Below, one piece after another: positions 1-8,363 of a DNA stretch of 54,475 nucleotides. Source of the DNA: an uncultured Planctomycetia bacterium (GTDB taxonomy: Bacteria; Omnitrophota; Gorgyraeia; 1-14-0-20-64-10); NCBI GenBank assembly GCA_964373805.1, contig CAYJWF010000009.1, positions 1 through 54,475 on the forward strand, in the 5' to 3' direction. The notes beneath the pieces were generated by a model. The model saw nothing but the letters and a program-made list of their open reading frames with translations, searched no databases and was not told where the DNA came from. The position numbers and the translations under genes were made by a program. How positions within the stretch are numbered: the first letter of the stretch is position 1; each line of letters starts with the position of its first letter.

Positions 1-3
1 TCA

Positions 4-78
4 TCGGGGCGGGGAGATTTGAACTCCCGACCTCTTGGTCCCGAACCAAGCGCTCTAGCCAAGCTGAGCCACGCCCCG
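4..78 (-). tRNA. tRNA-Pro (anticodon CGG); CCA not encoded
   Basis: Reverse complement CGGGGCGTGGCTCAGCTTGGCTAGAGCG-CTTGG TTCGGGA CCAAG-AGGTCGGGAGTTCAAATCTCCCCGCCCCGA folds as a cloverleaf with a TTC T-loop. Confidence 0.97.
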
Positions 79-173
79 AACGAGTTTGGCGATGCAAATC
101 TGTTTCGGCTGTCAACCATAATAACGGTTGAACACCGTTGACCAAGAGATTCTCAAATTCGCCAAACCTGTTT

Positions 174-270
174 CTAGGGAGAGAACCACTGCCTGGTTCT
201 CTCCCTAGTATCCCTCTCTCCGGCAAAAGACATCGGCCTCGTTGGGGAAAACCATTGGGTTTTCCCCAAC
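174..270. repeat. Two perfect hairpins between the HEAT gene stop and the tRNA (possible terminator or REP-like element)
   Basis: CTAGGGAGAGAACCA (174-188) / TGGTTCTCTCCCTAG (194-208); GTTGGGGAAAACC (241-253) / GGTTTTCCCCAAC (258-270). Confidence 0.7.
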
Positions 271-311
271 ACACCCCTTTCCTCCAAAGGAAAGAAGAGG
301 TCGTTTCTTCG

Positions 312-1643
312 TCAAGGCCTCTTCTTTTTCTTCTCCTCTTCCGCTTTCTCTTCGGCACGTTTCATTCGGATCGAGAGGGTCTGATCCCAGGTTTCGTCTG
401 GCTTGACCCCAAGGGCGGTCAGGGCCTGGACCATCGCCTGGGATGCTGGAAAATTGGACTCCCGACGAAACGCCTTGGCCAGAGGTTCGACGGCACGAGG
501 ATCTTTCAAACCACCCAACACCTGCGCCGCGTGTTCCCGCGTCCAGGGTTTCAACCCCCTCAAACGACGGACGAGGATCGGCACCACCCGCTCGTCTCCG
601 AAGGCGATGAGCGCCTTGGTAGCGACTTGCCGAACCTTGGGATCCCAATCGGTAAAAGTGCGAACCAAAGCCGGTCCAGAGGCTGGATCTTTAAGCCGAG
701 CCAATCCCTCCACCGCCTTGCGGCGTGTGTGAACATCGTGGTGAAATAACACCTTACTCAAAGGGGCCACCGCCGCCTTATCCCCGATCTTCCCCAAACC
801 CTCGGTGGCGGCCCGACGGACCGCCGTATCCCGATCTCGGAGGGCTTGCACCAAAGGCTGCAACGCCATCGGATTGGGGATCCCTTTCAGAGCCTCCGCC
901 GCGCCGGTTCGGACGAGGGGATCCCGATCCTTTAACGCCTCGATGAGACCGGGGATGGCCCGCGCATCCTTTAAGGCCTCCAACTCCACGGCCGCCTGCC
1001 ACCGGACTTGGGGATCCGAATCGCGGCGCAACGCCTGAAGCAGCTCCTCCAACGATTTCGATCCCGCGATGGCGCGCCAAGCCTCCAGCGCCGCGGCCCG
1101 AACGATCGGGGAGGGGTCTTGCGTGGCCGCCCGAACCGCCTCCTCCGTGGCCGGATCCCGCAAGCTCGCCAAGGTGATGCAAGCTGAGCGTCGTTTCTTC
1201 GGATCGGGGTTCTTCAGCTCCCCGACCACCTTCTGAACATCGGTGAGCCGCACCGTCTCTAACCGCTCCTCGGGAGGTTGGGGAACCAGCTTATACCGAA
1301 ATAGGTGCCGATCCTTGAACTGGAAGGGAACGAGATATTCCGATACCAGGTCGAGAGGGATCCACTGATAGATCGGGGCCATCACCCGTTCCCGAGTCAC
1401 CAGCTCCCGAAATCCCGTTTTCAAAATTCGGAAGGTGTACCGACCGTGGGTAATGAACTCGTAGGTGAGCGGGGTAGGACCGACCGGATGTTCGTTCACC
1501 CAGACGGTGGCCCCTGGCGGATCCGACTCAATGACAATGGTCCGCTCAACGCAGCCGGCTAAAAAGACAGCGCATAGCGCATAGCGGATAGCGGATAGCC
1601 TTTTTCTATACGCCATGCGCTCTATGCCACACGCTATTCTCAT
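312..1643 (-). CDS. Lipoprotein with PEGA-like domain and HEAT/PBS-lyase repeats
   Basis: Lipobox LAGC; PEGA-like IESDPPGATVWVN..VGPTP; many D.D..VR..AA.ALG repeats. ATG at 1643 overlaps the upstream stop (ATGA); the ORF track starts at 1655. Confidence 0.85.
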   Translation of the reverse strand: MRIACGIERMAYRKRLSAIRYALCAVFLAGCVERTIVIESDPPGATVWVNEHPVGPTPLTYEFITHGRYTFRILKTGFRELVTRERVMAPIYQWIPLDLVSEYLVPFQFKDRHLFRYKLVPQPPEERLETVRLTDVQKVVGELKNPDPKKRRSACITLASLRDPATEEAVRAATQDPSPIVRAAALEAWRAIAGSKSLEELLQALRRDSDPQVRWQAAVELEALKDARAIPGLIEALKDRDPLVRTGAAEALKGIPNPMALQPLVQALRDRDTAVRRAATEGLGKIGDKAAVAPLSKVLFHHDVHTRRKAVEGLARLKDPASGPALVRTFTDWDPKVRQVATKALIAFGDERVVPILVRRLRGLKPWTREHAAQVLGGLKDPRAVEPLAKAFRRESNFPASQAMVQALTALGVKPDETWDQTLSIRMKRAEEKAEEEKKKKRP

Positions 1644-2146
1644 CGTTTTCCCCACAGCCCGCGCTTAGCCTCTCGGGCTTCCTTTTGGAATTTGACAAAG
1701 AGATCCGCGTACTTCACGTTCGGAGGAATGGTGAGAAGCTGCGCATAGCCCTGCCTCAGGAGCTCCGCGTTGACAAAGGTTCCATTTTCCAAGAAGACGT
1801 AGGCCAGCAGTCGGTGGTATTTGTCATATCGCTCCAGATCGAACTCCAGGCGGACTTTTTTTCCTTCCACCAACCGGCGATTAAACTCCTTCGCCTCCCG
1901 GCCGTACGCCTCCACCGGTTTCCTGGGATGATGTAATTCGGGGGTATCGATCCCAATGTACCGCACCCGTTCCTTAGTCGAGAGGACGACGGTGTCCCCA
2001 TCGACCACCCGTTGAACGACCGCCCACTGTTCAGAGGAGACGCTTCCCGCTGCTAGAGCTGTCGTGCATCGTGGGTCGTGAGTCGTGAGCAAACAAAGCC
2101 CCACTGCCACCACGAGAATCCTCTTTACCCACGACTCAAGACTCAT
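1640..2146 (-). CDS. Thermonuclease (SNase-like) family protein, secreted or membrane-anchored
   Basis: VVDGDT, VRYIGIDTPE, DKYHRLLAYV, AREAKRGLW motifs; hydrophobic N-terminus. Confidence 0.93.
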   Translation of the reverse strand: MSLESWVKRILVVAVGLCLLTTHDPRCTTALAAGSVSSEQWAVVQRVVDGDTVVLSTKERVRYIGIDTPELHHPRKPVEAYGREAKEFNRRLVEGKKVRLEFDLERYDKYHRLLAYVFLENGTFVNAELLRQGYAQLLTIPPNVKYADLFVKFQKEAREAKRGLWGKR

Positions 2147-2163
2147 TTCTCACGACGGCTTCA

Positions 2164-2811
2164 CTATAGCATGCCCCATAGGTATTTCGCGATGAGGTCC
2201 ACCTCGAGATTCACGGGATCCCCCACCCGTTTCTGCCCGAGGGTCGTGACCTCCGCGGTATGAGGGATCAGGTGAACCTTGATCCGCGCAGCGTCTCGCT
2301 TGGAATCCAACGTGAGGCTCACCCCATCGACGGCAATGGGCCCTTTAGGAACCACCAGACCCGCCAGATGCGAGGGGACTCGGACTCCCAAGGTCAAGAA
2401 CCGTCCCGATCGTCTCCGACCCGTGATCGTTCCCTTTCCATCCACATGACCCAACAACCAGTGCCCTCCCAATCGGTCTCCCACCCGAAGGGACCGTTCC
2501 AGGTTCACCCGGTCTCCCACCCGAAGGCGGCCTAACGTGGTGGCTCGGACCGTCTCCGGAAGGAGACGAAACGCCAACCTCTGAACGGTGCCAGGCACCC
2601 GAAAATGGTGCCAGGCACTTTTTCCAAAATAGTGCCTGGCACCAATGCCTGGCACCTTTGGCACCACCTGGTCTACCGTCAAGCAGGCCCCGTCCACGGC
2701 AATGCTCTCACCCACGGATACTTTTTTGAACGGCCGTTGGGGCCGGATCAGGAGCCTGCCAGTGCTCCTCGCCGTGACGACGCCTTGGGTTTGAATGATC
2801 CCAGTGAACAT
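2164..2811 (-). CDS. ribE: Riboflavin synthase (alpha chain) with in-frame palindromic insertion
   Basis: MFTGII N-terminus, GESIAVDGACLTV, VNLERSL, VNLEVD. Confidence 0.95.
   Translation of the reverse strand: MFTGIIQTQGVVTARSTGRLLIRPQRPFKKVSVGESIAVDGACLTVDQVVPKVPGIGARHYFGKSAWHHFRVPGTVQRLAFRLLPETVRATTLGRLRVGDRVNLERSLRVGDRLGGHWLLGHVDGKGTITGRRRSGRFLTLGVRVPSHLAGLVVPKGPIAVDGVSLTLDSKRDAARIKVHLIPHTAEVTTLGQKRVGDPVNLEVDLIAKYLWGML
2587..2665. repeat. Cluster of GGTGCCWGGCACC 13-bp palindromes inside ribE
   Basis: Copies at 2587, 2607, 2631, 2646 and a partial at 2659; 2602-2646 matches the reverse complement of 41742-41786 at 44/45. Confidence 0.9.
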
Positions 2812-2815
2812 CTCT

Positions 2816-3901
2816 CTATCCGACTTCTGCCGTAATGAGAAGATCCGAACCTAAACGACCGACGCTAAGGTTCTTGAGTGAAACGGCCTGCTGTAATGAA
2901 ACCGCCCCCTCCCCCTCGACCGACGTCGGAGCCTCCCTTCCACCAATCAGAGAAGGAGCTACGATGCAAACGAGGCGATCCACGGCTTGCGCCTGAAAAG
3001 CCGAGGCGATCACCTCGCCGCCACCTTCGACCAAAAGATGAGAGATCTCTCTTTTGGCCAACCGCCTCAACAGGGCCGGCAGAGAAACGCGTCCCTTCTG
3101 ACTAGGAAAGCGCCAAATCTCGGCACCCTTTTGACGAAGCCGCTTTTCCCGATCCGCCGAGGCGCTCTGGGTTGTCGCCACGATCACAGGGCCTCCGGAA
3201 GAAAAGATCCGAGCGGACGGGGGAGTACGCAGATGGGAGTCCAAGATCACCTTGATCGGTTCTCTTCTGACCTCTGACCTCTGACCTCTGACTTCTGACC
3301 TGACCGTTAACCGAGGATTGTCTTTGAGGACCGTGTTCACTCCCACGAGAATGGCGTCGACTTGGGAACGAAGTCGATGAACCCACTGGCGCGCCTTCGG
3401 GCTGGAGATCCAGCGGCTTGTCCCCATTCGGGTGGCGATCTTGCCATCCAACGACTGGGCCACCTTCACCGTCACAAAGGGCCGTCCCTCTCTCATCCAG
3501 GTCACGAAGACCCGGTTCAGGGCATTGGCCTCCCTCTTCAAAACCCCGAGGGTGGTCTGGATTCCATGACGCCGAAGCCATCGCAGGCCCCTGCCACGGT
3601 TCTTAGGATTCGGATCGATCATGGCCACCACCACTCGCTGGATCTTGGCCCTCTTAATCGCCTCCGTGCAAGGAGGGGTCCGCCCGGTATGGGCGCACGG
3701 CTCCAAAGAGACGTAGAGGGTCGCTCCACGGGCATGACGCCCAGCTTGGGTAAGGGCCAAAACTTCCGCGTGGGCGAGCCCCACCCGCCGATGAAACCCT
3801 TGGCCCTTCACCTGCCCCTGACGAACCACCACCGCCCCCACCATCGGGTTCGGCCGAGTTCTCCCCTGGGCCCGGACCGCCAGTTGAAGAGCTAATCGCA
3901 T
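2816..3901 (-). CDS. ribD: Bifunctional riboflavin deaminase/reductase
   Basis: PNPMVGAV, HAE, LEPCAHTGRTPPC, SLDGKIAT, LLVEGGG. Confidence 0.96.
   Translation of the reverse strand: MRLALQLAVRAQGRTRPNPMVGAVVVRQGQVKGQGFHRRVGLAHAEVLALTQAGRHARGATLYVSLEPCAHTGRTPPCTEAIKRAKIQRVVVAMIDPNPKNRGRGLRWLRRHGIQTTLGVLKREANALNRVFVTWMREGRPFVTVKVAQSLDGKIATRMGTSRWISSPKARQWVHRLRSQVDAILVGVNTVLKDNPRLTVRSEVRGQRSEVRREPIKVILDSHLRTPPSARIFSSGGPVIVATTQSASADREKRLRQKGAEIWRFPSQKGRVSLPALLRRLAKREISHLLVEGGGEVIASAFQAQAVDRLVCIVAPSLIGGREAPTSVEGEGAVSLQQAVSLKNLSVGRLGSDLLITAEVG
3266..3300. repeat. Heptamer tandem repeat (TCTGACY)x5 inside ribD
   Basis: Five consecutive units encoding RSEVRGQRSEVR. Confidence 0.9.
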
Positions 3902-4731
3902 AAACTGTTCGTCGCTGCTTTTAATCGTTCAACCTCTTCGTACGGAACGGTCACCGTTCCTAGGACTGGGCCCTCGGACTTTCGATGCCCATGGCAATCG
4001 GAACCGCCGGTAATTAAAAGGCGATGCTGCTCGGCGATCTTGCGGTACTTCTTGACCACCGACGGCTCATGGTCCGAATGATACACCTCGATCCCCTGGA
4101 TCCCAGCGGCCACCAGCTCCGGGATCGAAGCCTCTTCAATCAGTCGATGGGGATGCGCCAGGATGACGACTCCCCCTGCCCCTCGAATGAGGCGAACCGC
4201 CTCCGATACGGTGAGGGTCGCTCCTTTGACAAAACAGGGGCCGCGATCCCCAAGGTAACGCTGAAAGGCCTCTTCCATGGATCGGACAAACCCCTGCTTC
4301 ACCATCGCCTCAGCCAGATGGGGGCGACCCAGGGAACCTTCTCCAGCGATCGACTGAACGGTTTCCAGTTCCAGATGGATCTCCTGAGAACGCAATCGGT
4401 CGATCATCGCTTGGATTCGATCCACGCGATACCGCCGCATCCGCTCCAAAAAAGCGGTAAGCGTCGGGTCCTTTAACCGGAAACCGTAGCCCAGAACGTG
4501 GATTTCCCGTTCCTTAAAAACGGCGGTCAACTCTACCCCGGAGAGGACCTCTATCCCAAACACTTTAGCCGCCTCCTGGGCCCTGCCGATGCCGGCGATC
4601 GCATCGTGATCGGTGATGGCGATACAGGCCAGTTTAAGCCGACTCGCCCGTTGAACGACTTCCTCCGGCGAAAAGGTTCCATCGGAGTAAAGGGTGTGAA
4701 TGTGCAGGTCCGCCTTCTTGGTTAAGGACAC
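3892..4731 (-). CDS. PHP-domain phosphoesterase (TrpH/YciV-like)
   Basis: DLHIHTLYSDG, AITDHD, GRPHLA, LAHP, TGGSDCHG. Confidence 0.92.
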   Translation of the reverse strand: MSLTKKADLHIHTLYSDGTFSPEEVVQRASRLKLACIAITDHDAIAGIGRAQEAAKVFGIEVLSGVELTAVFKEREIHVLGYGFRLKDPTLTAFLERMRRYRVDRIQAMIDRLRSQEIHLELETVQSIAGEGSLGRPHLAEAMVKQGFVRSMEEAFQRYLGDRGPCFVKGATLTVSEAVRLIRGAGGVVILAHPHRLIEEASIPELVAAGIQGIEVYHSDHEPSVVKKYRKIAEQHRLLITGGSDCHGHRKSEGPVLGTVTVPYEEVERLKAATNSLCD

Positions 4732-5147
4732 TGGGAGGGGTTCAGCTGGGCTTTATGGATGGCATCGAGGACGCCATTGACGAACTTACCGGAGTCCGGC
4801 GTCCCAAACTGTTTGGCCAATTCCACCGCTTCGTTCATGACGACTTTCGGAGGCGTTTCATGGTAAAAGAGCATCTCATAGGTGGCCAACCGTAGGATGT
4901 TCCGATCCACCATGGCCATCCGGCTTAAAGACCAGTTGGTGGCGAACCGGCCGATCAACTGGTCGATCTCCTCCCGCTGGGCCATGGTTTTGGTCACCAA
5001 CTCGGTGATGAAAAGCTTCCGATCGACCGGGACCCGGTGATGCCGAAAGAAGATCTTCAATCCTTCCTCGGCGGGATCCTGGGTGATGTCCATCTGGTAA
5101 AGGATCTTAAGCGCCGCGACTCTCGCCTGGGAACGTCTGCCCGCCAT
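4722..5147 (-). CDS. nusB: Transcription antitermination factor NusB
   Basis: RRSQARVAALKILYQ, DRNILRLA, NEAVELAKQFG, FVNGVLD; follows ribH. Confidence 0.96.
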   Translation of the reverse strand: MAGRRSQARVAALKILYQMDITQDPAEEGLKIFFRHHRVPVDRKLFITELVTKTMAQREEIDQLIGRFATNWSLSRMAMVDRNILRLATYEMLFYHETPPKVVMNEAVELAKQFGTPDSGKFVNGVLDAIHKAQLNPSQCP

Positions 5148-5159
5148 TTTAAAACCTCT

Positions 5160-5609
5160 TCAAGGTCTCAACGAAACCTTCAAGGCCCTCACGAGATCCC
5201 AGGCGGCCTGCGCGGCCTGCCGACCCCGATTGAGTCCGTTCGGTCGAGCCCGTGCCTTGGCTTGATCCCATCGCCGGGCCGTGATGACCCCACAGGTCAC
5301 CGGTACCCCGCTCAATAGTCCCGCCATCGTCAACCCTTGGAGAGCCGCTTGAGAGAGAAAATCGAAGTGGGGGGTCTCGCCGGCCAAGATGCATCCCACC
5401 GCCACGATGCCAACGTACCGTTGGGATTGCGCCATCTTAAGGGCCGCCATCGGCAACTCAAAGGCACCGGCCACCCAAACAACGTCGACCGCCTTCAAGG
5501 GAACGCGCCGGTCCTTAAAGAAATTTAAGGCTCCCCGAAGGAGAGCCTCGGTGATTTCCCGGTTGAAACGACTGGCCACAATGCCGTAGCGAACCACCCG
5601 GGAAGGCAT
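5160..5609 (-). CDS. ribH: 6,7-dimethyl-8-ribityllumazine synthase
   Basis: IVASRFN, GAFELP, GETPHFD, PVTCGVIT. Confidence 0.94.
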   Translation of the reverse strand: MPSRVVRYGIVASRFNREITEALLRGALNFFKDRRVPLKAVDVVWVAGAFELPMAALKMAQSQRYVGIVAVGCILAGETPHFDFLSQAALQGLTMAGLLSGVPVTCGVITARRWDQAKARARPNGLNRGRQAAQAAWDLVRALKVSLRP

Positions 5610-5622
5610 CGCTGAAAAAGAG

Positions 5623-6831
5623 CTATTGGGAATCCAGAACTTCCAAGAGGAGGTGCCCCAATTTCTCCCGCTTGGTCTTCAAGTATCGGGCGTTTCCCGG
5701 GGTGGGGGGGACCTCCAACGGCACCCTTTCCACGATGGTGAGGCCAAATCCGTCCAAGCCCACCACCTTGCGGGGATTGTTGGTCATCAAACGGACCTGC
5801 GTTAAGCCTAAGTCGGCCAGAATCTGGGCGCCAATCCCATAATCGCGCAGATCCGGATCGAACCCTAAGGCCCGGTTCGCTTCCACCGTGTCGAGCCCCT
5901 CGTCCTGAAGAGCGTACGCCTTCAGCTTATTCGCCAATCCGATTCCTCGCCCCTCCTGACGTAAGTACAACAGCACCCCTCGCCCTGCCTCTTGGATGAG
6001 CTTCAACGCCGATTCGAGCTGCGGCCCACAATCGCACCGCCAAGAGCCGAAAACATCCCCTGTGAGGCACTGGGAGTGCACCCGCACCAAGACCGGGGCT
6101 TGGCGGACATCCCCCAAAACCAAGGCCATATGGGCTTGGGTGTCCAGCGTGGACTCGTACAAGATCAGTTGAAACTCCCCATACGGAGTCGGCAGGACCG
6201 TCTCCACGACGCGGCGGATGAATCGTTCCTTGGAGAGACGATGGGTAATGAGATCGGCGATCGAGCCGATCTTTAACCCGTGCCCCTTCGCAAACTCGAT
6301 CAAATCCGGAACCCGGGCCATCGACCCGTCCGGCCGCATGATCTCGCAGATCACCCCAGCCGGGTAAAGCCCGGTCAGCCGCATCAGGTCCACGGCCGCT
6401 TCGGTGTGTCCGGCCCGAACCAGAACTCCGCCGTGACGGGCCCGCAGCGGAAACACATGCCCCGGGCGGACCAGGTCGGACGGCTTGGCGTCCGGCTCGA
6501 TCAACCTGGCGATGGTCGTGGCCCGATCGTGCGCCGAGATCCCGGTGGTGACACCGGCCCGCGCATCCACCGACACCATCCAGGCGGTCCCGTAGGGCGA
6601 CTGGCTCTCGAGCACCATCGGCTTAAGCTCCAGGATCTCCAACCGTTCGGCCTCCATCGGGACACAGATCAAGCCCCGGCCGTGGCTGACCATAAAATTG
6701 ATCGCCTCCGGCGTGGCGAACTGGGCCGCTACGACGAGATCCCCCTCGTTCTCTCGGTCCTCGTCGTCCACCACGATGACGAGCCTGCCGGCTTTTAAAT
6801 CCTCGAGTATCTCAGGGATAGGATTAAACAT
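5623..6831 (-). CDS. ribBA: Bifunctional DHBP synthase / GTP cyclohydrolase II
   Basis: [40 protein letters not shown]. Confidence 0.97.
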   Translation of the reverse strand: MFNPIPEILEDLKAGRLVIVVDDEDRENEGDLVVAAQFATPEAINFMVSHGRGLICVPMEAERLEILELKPMVLESQSPYGTAWMVSVDARAGVTTGISAHDRATTIARLIEPDAKPSDLVRPGHVFPLRARHGGVLVRAGHTEAAVDLMRLTGLYPAGVICEIMRPDGSMARVPDLIEFAKGHGLKIGSIADLITHRLSKERFIRRVVETVLPTPYGEFQLILYESTLDTQAHMALVLGDVRQAPVLVRVHSQCLTGDVFGSWRCDCGPQLESALKLIQEAGRGVLLYLRQEGRGIGLANKLKAYALQDEGLDTVEANRALGFDPDLRDYGIGAQILADLGLTQVRLMTNNPRKVVGLDGFGLTIVERVPLEVPPTPGNARYLKTKREKLGHLLLEVLDSQ

Positions 6832-6852
6832 CGTTTCTCCTCGTAAAAGAAC

Positions 6853-6861
6853 ATTATATCA
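6853..6861 (-). promoter_or_regulatory. Extended -10 promoter (TGaTATAAT) upstream of ribBA
   Basis: Reverse complement of ATTATATCA; GAGGAG Shine-Dalgarno follows before the ATG. Confidence 0.6.
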
Positions 6862-6879
6862 CGACCCATGCAAGTTGAT

Positions 6880-6966
6880 CCGTTCACCCTGAGCCTGTCG
6901 AAGGGTGAACGGCAATGTTCGTGCTTCGACAAGCTCAGCACGAACGGTTTTGCACGACTCGTGTTA
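6880..6966. repeat. REP-like doublet of the CCTGAGCnnGTCGAAGG family
   Basis: CCGTTCACCCTGAGCCTGTCGAAGGGTGAACGG (6880-6912), then an inverted unit GTTCGTGCTTCGACAAGCTCAGCACGAACGG with a tail shared with 20121-20181. Confidence 0.85.
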
Positions 6967-6968
6967 TA

Positions 6969-8363
6969 TCAGAGACTCTGCAACTTGGACTGGATCGCTT
7001 GGAGGGTGGCCTGCTCGTCGACCATGAAGGCGCTGGCTCCCTTATCCCGAAGGGTATCCCCGATGGCTCGCAGGGAAGTTCCCTTCGGTTGAAGGACCAG
7101 GTCGTTGACCTCTCGGAGGATTCGATCTGAAGTGATCTCGGGAATCCCTTGGGCTTGGCGCTTTTCGGGGGTCATCAAGAGGATCCGATCCCACTCGGAA
7201 ACTGGATGGGTGGCGGTGGGGATACGCGGCAACGGCTCCCGCATGAGGTTTCGTCCTTTCAAGGAGGTCACCTCCTCCTCGGAAAGCCTCTCGACGCATC
7301 GACTGAAATGTTCCAGGGTTGGCTCCGGTAGGGTGTTGGCTGTCCAAGGGCCTAAGAAAGGCAAGACGTACAGAAGAGGGCTGTACGGCTGATCCGATTT
7401 GACACCGCTCGAGGCGATGAGAAGCCGCTGGGGATGCGCCCCGTGGGATTTTAAGGTCGAAAAGAGCGTGTTAAGCCGTTCGATGGTCTTGACCATCCGC
7501 TTTCCCTCTTCGTCCGCATAGAGGCCTTCCGGATCTTCAAAGGGAACACCCAAAAAGATCGCCTCAAAGATCTGGTAGATCTTCTTCGCCTGGGCCACGG
7601 CCACCTTTCCTTTCAGCAGGGACAGCCGTTCGCCCTGAGCGGGTCGTTGGGCCTCATCGATCATCGGGTCCACCACCCGATCGATCCGGCTGACGAACAG
7701 GGAGTTCACCGAGTAGATCGCGCCCAAATCTTTGGCGCCCCGCTGGGACAGCCCGTCGAGGTACCCTTCTACCGTCTGAAGATAGTGCCGGTCTGAAAAG
7801 ACCAAGGTCACGTTGGGATGGACGGTCACCTCGCCGGCCACCGCCTTTTGAATTGCCTGTGGACCTACGTTCAGGTTGGGGATCTTGGTGAAAGCCCCAA
7901 CCCCCTGCATCGCCTGGGCAATTCTCTGGACCTCTTTAACCAACGGCTCTACTTCGGTGAGCAGTGCCGATGCCTCCTGGGAAACGCGACCCTCCCACGG
8001 CCAGCGGGCATGGATTTCTCGAAAGGCTCTCGCCGCTTGGGTAGCGGCTTCGTTGTAGAGAAGTCGGTAGATCTCGTGAGGTGAGCGGCCCTCCCGCTTT
8101 AAGATTCGCAGGCGTTCATCCAACGCGCCGGCCTCCATCAGCTGACGAAAGAGGGTCTGGTTGGTGGTCATCCCGATCGCCCCTTGGGTTTCGATGATCT
8201 TCAGGAGCCGGCTGAACCAGTCGGTCCCATCTTCCAAGGAAGGGAATCCGTCTAAGGAGAAACTGTTTCCCTGCGTGGTGGGGTCGTAAAGCCGAAGAAC
8301 CGAACTTTTAGAGCTCTTAGGTAGGGAGTGACTGAGGATTTTAGCGAAAGACCTCTTGGCCAA
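6969..8363 (-). CDS. tal: Divergent transaldolase-family protein (start uncertain; possibly frameshifted from 8341-8715)
   Basis: GMTTNQTLF, GRVSQE, Schiff-base FTKIP, NVTLVFS, SLFVSRIDR, PQRLLIASSGVK, TANTLP follow the long transaldolase motif order. Confidence 0.8.
   Translation of the reverse strand: MAKRSFAKILSHSLPKSSKSSVLRLYDPTTQGNSFSLDGFPSLEDGTDWFSRLLKIIETQGAIGMTTNQTLFRQLMEAGALDERLRILKREGRSPHEIYRLLYNEAATQAARAFREIHARWPWEGRVSQEASALLTEVEPLVKEVQRIAQAMQGVGAFTKIPNLNVGPQAIQKAVAGEVTVHPNVTLVFSDRHYLQTVEGYLDGLSQRGAKDLGAIYSVNSLFVSRIDRVVDPMIDEAQRPAQGERLSLLKGKVAVAQAKKIYQIFEAIFLGVPFEDPEGLYADEEGKRMVKTIERLNTLFSTLKSHGAHPQRLLIASSGVKSDQPYSPLLYVLPFLGPWTANTLPEPTLEHFSRCVERLSEEEVTSLKGRNLMREPLPRIPTATHPVSEWDRILLMTPEKRQAQGIPEITSDRILREVNDLVLQPKGTSLRAIGDTLRDKGASAFMVDEQATLQAIQSKLQSL

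Noticed and set aside
1..311. tRNA-Pro as a prophage or island attachment site
   Set aside because: No integrase and no duplicated tRNA 3' end in the window; the tRNA 3' flank lies outside it.
138..749. 203-aa plus-strand ORF and the many other antisense or alternative-frame ORFs in the track
   Set aside because: They overlap well-supported genes, show no recognisable motifs and are expected shadows in GC-rich DNA.
2587..2665. Repeated palindromes as a possible CRISPR array
   Set aside because: Units are 13 bp with short irregular spacing, lie inside coding frames and alternate orientation; no cas genes are present.
6832..6968. FMN riboswitch upstream of ribBA
   Set aside because: No RFN consensus is visible; the interval is a REP-like doublet and the promoter lies close to the start codon.
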